A stretch of DNA of 64,000 nt from positions 20,995 through 84,994 of the forward strand of contig CACCJO010000002.1 of assembly GCA_902546375.1 (NCBI GenBank), read 5' to 3'. The notes beneath the pieces were generated by a model. The model worked only from the letters and a program-made list of their open reading frames with translations. It made no database searches and was not told the DNA's origin. The number at the start of each line of letters is the position of its first letter. Positions within the stretch are counted from its first letter, which is position 1. Shown piece after piece: positions 57,452-64,000 of this stretch. Made by a program: the position numbers and the translations under genes. This DNA comes from an uncultured Pelagibacteraceae bacterium (GTDB taxonomy: Bacteria; Pseudomonadota; Alphaproteobacteria; Pelagibacterales; Pelagibacteraceae).

Positions 57452-59181
57452 TAAGACTTTAATTGCTTATCATAAAAATTTTTATAAATAGACGAAGTAT
57501 TTAATAGTTCGTTATGATTTCCCTCTGCTACCACTTTTCCAGAGTCGATAACATAAATTTTGTCTGAATTTAAAATTGTAGATAATCTATGAGCAATTAC
57601 TATCGTTGTTTTATTTTTTGTAAGATAATTAATCGCTTTTTGAATTTTATCTTCTGTTTCCGCATCTAAAGAAGAGGTGGCCTCATCTAATAGAATTATT
57701 TTACTTCTTTTAAGTATTGCCCTTGCGATCGATAACCTTTGTTTTTCTCCACCAGACAACCTCACACCATTTTCACCTATCACAGTGTCATATCCTTTTG
57801 GCATGCTCATTACAAAATCATCGCAATTAGATAATTTTGCTGCCTCAATGATTTCCTCATCTGAGGCTGTTAGTCTTGAGTATTTAATATTATTTTTTAT
57901 AGTATCGTCAAAAAGAGATATGTCCTGACTCACTAATGAAATATTTTCTCTTAAAGAGGATATTGAATGTTCATCAATAGGCTGATTATCAACATATATT
58001 TTTCCACTTAATGGCTCATAAAATCTTGGTATAAAATTAAGTATAGTAGATTTTCCCGCACCACTATGACCAACTAATGCAGTCATTTGCCCACTTTTAA
58101 ATTTGAGACTAATATTATTCAAAACATTTTTTAAGCTTTCAGAATATTTAAAACTCACATTTTCAAAATTTATGTTCCCCTCATCAATTTTTAGGTGTTT
58201 ATCAGAATTTTTATCACGATTGTCCTCATCAATAATTGGTAATAATCTTTTAGCAGCTGATAAACCTTGATGAATTCCCATATTTAAAGTCGCTAATGTT
58301 CTTACAGGCTGGTAAGCTAACATCATAGCCGCCAAAAAAGAAAAAAAATTATTTAATTCTAACTCACCATTTATTATTAAACTACCTGAATAATAAATTA
58401 ATCCTCCAATCATCAGACCAGTCAGGGTCTCCATAATTGGAGTAGCTCTAGTTAAAACAGTTTGAATTTTTACTACTTTATCTTTGAAAGTGTTTATTAT
58501 TTTAGTCAACCTTTTATTTTCGTATTCCTCTGTTTGAAAAATTTTAATAACTTTATGATTTTTAATAATTTCGATAAAAAATGAACTTAAAAACCCAGAA
58601 ACTTCTTGAGACTCTGTAGTAACTTTACCAATTCTTTTACCTAAAGACTTTGCAGCAATGGATGCCAGAGGTATCATTATAATTGCAAATATTGCTAATT
58701 TCCAATTTTGATAAAACATTACACCTATTAAGGCTATCAATGTTAAACTGTCTTTTGATAATAATAAAATTGTATCAGTTACAAGCTTCATAACCATACC
58801 TGAGTCGTAACTGATGTGTGAAAGATATTTACCCGTGTGTTTTTTGGTCATTTTTTCAACATTTGATTTTAAAATTGATTGCATAATTTGTAATTGAAGA
58901 ACTTTTTGAACTTCACCGCCAACTTTAATGAGCAATGTTCTTGCTAAATAAAGAGAAATGCCTTTTACAGCAAAAGTAATTAAAATAAGAAAGGGAATTA
59001 TTAACATTAGTTTTTGATTTTTTTCAATGAAAATTTTTTCTATAGCTGGATCAAGTAAGTAAGCAATCATTGCAGTACTACCCGCTACTAGTATTGAAAA
59101 GAAAATAGAAAGAAAAATTTTTGCCAGATGTTTCTTTGTGTATCTTTTATAAAGATCTAATAAAACTTCTAAATTAGTCAT
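57451..59181 (-). CDS. msbA: ABC transporter ATP-binding/permease, MsbA-like lipid A flippase
   Basis: TM domain plus GHSGAGKST, LSGGEKQR, LDEATS and IAHRLST. Upstream of waaA-lpxK. Confidence 0.87.
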   Translation of the reverse strand: MTNLEVLLDLYKRYTKKHLAKIFLSIFFSILVAGSTAMIAYLLDPAIEKIFIEKNQKLMLIIPFLILITFAVKGISLYLARTLLIKVGGEVQKVLQLQIMQSILKSNVEKMTKKHTGKYLSHISYDSGMVMKLVTDTILLLSKDSLTLIALIGVMFYQNWKLAIFAIIMIPLASIAAKSLGKRIGKVTTESQEVSGFLSSFFIEIIKNHKVIKIFQTEEYENKRLTKIINTFKDKVVKIQTVLTRATPIMETLTGLMIGGLIYYSGSLIINGELELNNFFSFLAAMMLAYQPVRTLATLNMGIHQGLSAAKRLLPIIDEDNRDKNSDKHLKIDEGNINFENVSFKYSESLKNVLNNISLKFKSGQMTALVGHSGAGKSTILNFIPRFYEPLSGKIYVDNQPIDEHSISSLRENISLVSQDISLFDDTIKNNIKYSRLTASDEEIIEAAKLSNCDDFVMSMPKGYDTVIGENGVRLSGGEKQRLSIARAILKRSKIILLDEATSSLDAETEDKIQKAINYLTKNKTTIVIAHRLSTILNSDKIYVIDSGKVVAEGNHNELLNTSSIYKNFYDKQLKS

Positions 59182-60048
59182 TTAATTTAATTTACCAATA
59201 AGAATACAAATTAGCATTATTAAACCTAAAAAGTTATTACTTTTAAAAATTTTAAGACATTTGTCTTTTTTCTCTCTATCGAAGTTCATAATTTGAATGA
59301 TAAATAAATGAAATATAACTACCATAGCTCCCATAAAAAAATAATAATTAAAATTTAATTTGATACCAGTAACAACAAAAAGTAATGTGAAAATTAAATA
59401 ACATATAGATAAAAATATTTTTGGATTTTGTTTAAATTTAATTGATGTTGATTTAACTCCTATAATTTCGTCATCTTCAATATCTTGAAATCCATATATT
59501 GTGTCGTAACCCAATGTCCAAAATATGGCGCCAAGATAAAGTATTATTGGAATAAGACTTATTTCTCTGCTTATAGATGTCCATCCTAATAATAATCCAT
59601 AATTAAAAGTTATGCCCAGGAAAAGCTGAGGCCAATAAGTAAATCTTTTCATTAATGGATAAGTAAAGGCCAGGGGCATAGATGCTAGAGCTATAACGAT
59701 TGTAAAAAAATTAAAATTAATAAGCACTAAAAAGGCAATGAAACATAGAATTCCTGAATATAATAGAGCGAGTTTGATTGATACTTTTCCTGAGGCTATA
59801 GGCCTATTCTTAGTTCTAAATACTTTTTGATCAAATTTTCTATCAAGAATATCATTTACTATACATCCAGCAGATCTCATTAAAACAGATCCCAAAAAAA
59901 ATAGTAATAAGTAAAAAAAATAAATATTTAAATCCGATGAAAAATCATACGCTAGTGTAAGACCCCACGAACAAGGCCAAAATAATAGCATGTATCCAAT
60001 CGGTTTTTTAAGTCTGGTAAGTTCTACAAAAAGATTTAATTGGTTCAT
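59182..60048 (-). CDS. ubiA: 4-hydroxybenzoate polyprenyltransferase
   Basis: MRSAGCIVND..DR.FD..V.RT..RP.ASG, YPLMKR and YDTIYG.QD.EDD. Confidence 0.96.
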   Translation of the reverse strand: MNQLNLFVELTRLKKPIGYMLLFWPCSWGLTLAYDFSSDLNIYFFYLLLFFLGSVLMRSAGCIVNDILDRKFDQKVFRTKNRPIASGKVSIKLALLYSGILCFIAFLVLINFNFFTIVIALASMPLAFTYPLMKRFTYWPQLFLGITFNYGLLLGWTSISREISLIPIILYLGAIFWTLGYDTIYGFQDIEDDEIIGVKSTSIKFKQNPKIFLSICYLIFTLLFVVTGIKLNFNYYFFMGAMVVIFHLFIIQIMNFDREKKDKCLKIFKSNNFLGLIMLICILIGKLN

Positions 60049-60100
60049 AAGATTTTACTTGTAAATAACAAAGCCAAGATTGATAATCAAACTGATTCGT

Positions 60101-60505
60101 ATGAATATTGATTATACTGTAACTGCATTAATGTTTCCCGCAATACCATTAATGATGGCAGTTTATAGTAATAGATTTCATTCATTAAGTATCCTTATTA
60201 GACAACTTCACGATGAACATGTGTATGAAAAGCACATACCACCTGAGTGGAAAAAACAATTCATAAATTTAAGTGGCAGGATAACTCTTTTAAGATGGAC
60301 AATTTTATTTGCATCCTTTGGCTTTCTGTTTAACATGTTAACTGTATTTGCCCTTTACTTTAATGAGGTTTTTATAGCGAGGATTATTTTTGGGTCATGT
60401 TGTTTGTCGATGATAATTTCAATACTATTTTTTATTAGAGAAATTCATATTTCAACGAACGCTCTTAAGTTACATATGTCTGATATGGACGTAAATGTTG
60501 ATTAA
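60101..60505 (+). CDS. DUF2721-like membrane protein
   Basis: ALMFPAIPL....YSNRF...IR.L, RI.L.R and EI.IS..AL patterns. Confidence 0.75.
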   Translation: MNIDYTVTALMFPAIPLMMAVYSNRFHSLSILIRQLHDEHVYEKHIPPEWKKQFINLSGRITLLRWTILFASFGFLFNMLTVFALYFNEVFIARIIFGSCCLSMIISILFFIREIHISTNALKLHMSDMDVNVD

Positions 60506-61473
60506 GGAATAATGACTGCTGGACCAGTTAATATTCTTGCTTCTAGATCTTTATGAGCTTGAGCAACATCCTGAAGTGAATACTTCTTTGAAATTTCAAC
60601 ATTAAATTTCTTTGATAAAACTGCGTCAAAAACTTTTTTTGCAGATTCGACTAGCTCCTCTCTTTTTATGGTGTAATGAGCAATAGATGGTCGTGTAAAA
60701 AAAAGACCTTTTGCATTTATATCTTTTTTAACATCTATGGTGTCAACATAACCTGATGCATTCCCAAAAGCTACCATCATACCTCTAATCTTTAATGTTT
60801 CGATAGATCCTTTGAAAGTTTTGATACCAACACCATCGTAAACAACGTCAATACCATTTTTACCAACAATTTTTTCAACCTCTTCAACAAAATTTTTTTC
60901 AGAATAATTAATTACATGATGGCAACCATTTTTTTTGGCAATCTCCTCTTTGGCTTTTGAGCCCACAGTCCCAATAACTTCAGCACCTAATGCATTGGCC
61001 CATGGACATAAAATCTGGCCAAGTCCACCTGCTGCAGCATGATATAAAACTCTATCACCCTTTTTTAACTGATATGCTCTGTGTAATAAGTATTCTGCAG
61101 TAATTCCTTTTAATGTAATGCAAGATGCTACCTCGTCAGAGACTCCATCTGGAACAGATACTAATTTTTCTTCAGGCATTATTTGCTTTTCTGAATAAGC
61201 ACCGATAGGCATTGATGCATGAGTAACTCTATCACCAACTTTAAATAATTTTACTTCAGATCCAACTTCTTCAATTACTCCACAAGCTTCAAGTCCAATA
61301 CCGCTAGGTAATGGGATAGGATAAAGGCCTGTTCGATGATAAATATCTATAAAATTTAAACCAATTGATAAATTTTTAATCAACACCTCTTTTGGTCCAG
61401 GCTTCCCTAATTCTACATCTTTAGTAACCAAAACTTCTGGTCCACCAAATTTATCTATTTGAACTGATTTCAT
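60502..61473 (-). CDS. qor: NADPH:quinone oxidoreductase (zeta-crystallin/MDR)
   Basis: FGGPEVL, GLNFID.Y.RTG.YP, HAAAGG.G, DVVYDGVG and FGNASG. Confidence 0.92.
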   Translation of the reverse strand: MKSVQIDKFGGPEVLVTKDVELGKPGPKEVLIKNLSIGLNFIDIYHRTGLYPIPLPSGIGLEACGVIEEVGSEVKLFKVGDRVTHASMPIGAYSEKQIMPEEKLVSVPDGVSDEVASCITLKGITAEYLLHRAYQLKKGDRVLYHAAAGGLGQILCPWANALGAEVIGTVGSKAKEEIAKKNGCHHVINYSEKNFVEEVEKIVGKNGIDVVYDGVGIKTFKGSIETLKIRGMMVAFGNASGYVDTIDVKKDINAKGLFFTRPSIAHYTIKREELVESAKKVFDAVLSKKFNVEISKKYSLQDVAQAHKDLEARILTGPAVIIP

Positions 61474-61476
61474 TAT

Positions 61477-62313
61477 CTACTTTACAAATGTACCATTATG
61501 ATAATCTTGAACAGCTTGCAAGATTTCTGCTTTAGTGTTCATTACAAATGGTCCACCTCTAGCTATTTCCTCATTAATAGGTTTGCCTGAAATAACTAAG
61601 AATTTTGCATCAGATTGTGCACTGATTTTTAAATCCTCACCTCTCGATAGTAAGATCAAAGTACTATCTTTGACTTTTTCATGTTCTTTTTCACCAATTT
61701 TGATCTCACCTTTTATGAGATAGATAAATGTATTGTGTGAAGAGGGAAGACTAAATTTAAAATTTTTGTTTTTATTTAATTCAACATCAAAATAAATGGG
61801 TTCGACATTATGTCCTTTAACTGGACCTTCAGCTTTTTCAAATTTACCCGCAATAACTTTTACTTGCTTATCATTATCTTTGTGAACACTCATTTTATCT
61901 GCATCAATATAAATATATTCTGGTTTACTCATTTTTAATTTTGCTGGCATATTTATCCATAATTGAAATCCATGAAGTTTTCCCTCTTTCATGGCAGGCA
62001 TTTCAGAATGAATAATTCCACTTCCTGTTTTCATCCATTGAACATCACCAGCAGTCATTCTGCCTTTTCCGCCAGTACTGTCTTCATGCTCAAAGTCACC
62101 AGCAAGCATATAAGTGACAGTTTCAATTCCTCTATGTGGATGTGGAGGAAATCCTGCAATATAATCTTCACTATTCTCTGAACCAAACTCATCTAGCATT
62201 AAAAAAGGATCAAAATAATTTGGTTCCACACCAATACTTCTTTTTAATTTAACTCCAGCTCCATCTGATGCTGGAATAGGATCAATGATTTTATTTACTT
62301 CAATATTTTTCAT
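61477..62313 (-). CDS. Pirin family protein
   Basis: DPFLMLD, HPHRGIETVTY, QWM..GSGIIHSE, QLWINMP and GPFVMN. Confidence 0.95.
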   Translation of the reverse strand: MKNIEVNKIIDPIPASDGAGVKLKRSIGVEPNYFDPFLMLDEFGSENSEDYIAGFPPHPHRGIETVTYMLAGDFEHEDSTGGKGRMTAGDVQWMKTGSGIIHSEMPAMKEGKLHGFQLWINMPAKLKMSKPEYIYIDADKMSVHKDNDKQVKVIAGKFEKAEGPVKGHNVEPIYFDVELNKNKNFKFSLPSSHNTFIYLIKGEIKIGEKEHEKVKDSTLILLSRGEDLKISAQSDAKFLVISGKPINEEIARGGPFVMNTKAEILQAVQDYHNGTFVK

Positions 62314-62349
62314 CAGATTAAAATAGTTGTTCTGTTTCGATTTGCAATA

Positions 62350-62589
62350 TTACTTTTTGTTATGTGAGCCATCACAAAAAGGTTGATCGTTTGTTTGTTT
62401 GCATACACAAAAGAACACTTTTTTTGTTAATTCAGCTTTATAAGCCAAGGGTTTGAATTCTGTTCCTTTATGCGAACCATCACAAAATGGCTGCTTAGAA
62501 CTTTTACCACAGCTACACCAGTAATAAGATTTTCCCTGTTCGACTTCTATAGCTAATGCGCTATTCCCAGCTCTTTGTCCTTTATTCAT
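62350..62589 (-). CDS. CDGSH iron-sulfur protein (two CDGSH motifs)
   Basis: WCSCGKSSKQPFCDGSH and FCVCKQTNDQPFCDGSH. Confidence 0.95.
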   Translation of the reverse strand: MNKGQRAGNSALAIEVEQGKSYYWCSCGKSSKQPFCDGSHKGTEFKPLAYKAELTKKVFFCVCKQTNDQPFCDGSHNKK

Positions 62590-62606
62590 ATTATCTGCAT
62601 TTTAAT

Positions 62607-63269
62607 TTAAATTAAATTAACAAGCTCGCTTAAATCTTTAACTTGATTTTTGGGTTTGTAATCAAGATTGTCAAAGATATTATTATTACGGTTTACCCAA
62701 ATAGAATGATAACCATAATTTCCACCTCCTGAAACATCCCAAGTGTTTGCACTTAAGAAAGCTATTTCGTTGCTTTTAATTTTGTATTTTTTGATAGGCA
62801 ATTCATAAACTTTAGAGTCTGGTTTATAAATTCCAACTTCCTCTATTGAAAATAAATCATCGAATAGATTATCTAAATTATTACTCTCAACTAATTCTTT
62901 TAAAAGAGATGGGGTTCCATTTGAAAGTATAGCTAATTTAAAATTCTTTTCTTTTAATTTTTTAAGAGTTTCTGGAACCTCCTTAAAAGGTGAAAGAACT
63001 TTATATAAATTCAATAATTCACTTTTCATTGAAGAGGCAATATCAAAAGTTTTCATTGATTTATCTAAACTATCCTCTGTAATTTGCCAAAAATCCTTGT
63101 GTCTTCCCATAAGACTTCTAAGCCAGGTGTATTCTAGCTGAGTTGTTCTCCAAAAATTTGCAAAACCTTCCCACTTAGCTCCAATCTTGTCTTTACATTT
63201 TTCAGCAGCTGAATTGACATCAAACAATGTGCCATAAGCATCAAAAATTATTGCTTTAATATTTTTCAT
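62607..63269 (-). CDS. Haloacid dehalogenase, type II
   Basis: FDAYGTLFDV, WR..QLEY.W, LSNG, YKPD..VY and SANTWD. Confidence 0.92.
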   Translation of the reverse strand: MKNIKAIIFDAYGTLFDVNSAAEKCKDKIGAKWEGFANFWRTTQLEYTWLRSLMGRHKDFWQITEDSLDKSMKTFDIASSMKSELLNLYKVLSPFKEVPETLKKLKEKNFKLAILSNGTPSLLKELVESNNLDNLFDDLFSIEEVGIYKPDSKVYELPIKKYKIKSNEIAFLSANTWDVSGGGNYGYHSIWVNRNNNIFDNLDYKPKNQVKDLSELVNLI

Positions 63270-63286
63270 AAATTAACTTAACACAA

Positions 63287-63988
63287 ATGAGTAATATTAG
63301 ATTATTTTTTTCAGATACTTTATCAGCAAACATGATTGATAAACTCGATAAGAATCAATCACATTATTTAAGTAAAGTAATGAGAGTAAAAGAAAATGAG
63401 GTTTTCTCATTATTTAATAAAGAAGGAGAGTGGGAGGCAAAAGTTTTAGGAATATTCAAAAATATTGTCGAATTTAAAATAATAAAACAACTAAGACAAA
63501 AAGAGACAACCAAAGAATTATGGTTAGCATTTTCTCCTATAAAATCAAACTATCAGAATTTTATGCTGCAAAAAGCAACAGAGCTTGGAGTTACAAAATT
63601 TTTACCAATTATTTTTGATAGAACAGTGGTTAGAAAAATTAATAAAGATCGCATCGAAAAAATTGTAATTGAGGCCAGTGAACAATCAAACCGTATTAAT
63701 GTACCAATAATTGAAGAGGCTCAAGATTTAAATGGCTTTCTCAAAAAAAATTCGATGAATCTAATTTTTACAGATTTAAATTCAAATATTAAAAAAATTG
63801 ATAAATCAAAATTTACAGATAAGCCTGTTTGTATAATCATAGGTCCTGAGGGAGATTTTTCAGAGACTGAAAGAGAGAAGATTCTCTCTTTTAAGGGCGT
63901 TCAACCTATTAAAATTAATGAGAATATTTTAAGGTCAGAAACCGCGGTCATATCTGCAATTTCGATCGTAAATTATGTGATTAATTGA
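63287..63988 (+). CDS. rsmE: 16S rRNA m3U1498 methyltransferase
   Basis: HYL..VMR, QKATELGV, EASEQS.R, IGPEGDF and ILRSETA. Confidence 0.95.
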   Translation: MSNIRLFFSDTLSANMIDKLDKNQSHYLSKVMRVKENEVFSLFNKEGEWEAKVLGIFKNIVEFKIIKQLRQKETTKELWLAFSPIKSNYQNFMLQKATELGVTKFLPIIFDRTVVRKINKDRIEKIVIEASEQSNRINVPIIEEAQDLNGFLKKNSMNLIFTDLNSNIKKIDKSKFTDKPVCIIIGPEGDFSETEREKILSFKGVQPIKINENILRSETAVISAISIVNYVIN

Positions 63989-64000
63989 TAAATTGTCGCG

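Overview
AT-rich (roughly 30% GC by eye), very gene-dense alphaproteobacterial chromosome segment. Gene content, tiny intergenic gaps and Lys-rich proteins point to a streamlined SAR11/Pelagibacterales genome (inferred, not database-confirmed). It is mostly core genome: pyrD, rpmB, regA, bioY, polA, chvIG, ahcY, tsaE-amgK-murU, gpmA, an RND pump, msrA, purine salvage, ibpA, ptrB, cfa, tldD-pmbA, typA, groESL, ribF-ileS-lspA, pgi, purD, lipid A genes, ubiA, qor, pirin and rsmE. I saw no rRNA, tRNA, CRISPR array, integrase or transposase. Highlights: (1) a coupled 4-gene polyamine operon (alanine-racemase-fold decarboxylase, deoxyhypusine-synthase-like SpeY, AguB, AguA) suggesting an agmatine-based, deiminase-type homospermidine route and an 'ODC' that is probably an arginine decarboxylase; (2) an RND periplasmic adaptor with no alpha-helical hairpin; (3) an unannotated 38-aa very basic ORF upstream of typA; (4) a sigma32 promoter plus ROSE-like thermometer at ibpA; (5) a 399-aa protein with a Lys tail, a charged helix and an unknown C-terminal domain; (6) several apparently leaderless promoters.
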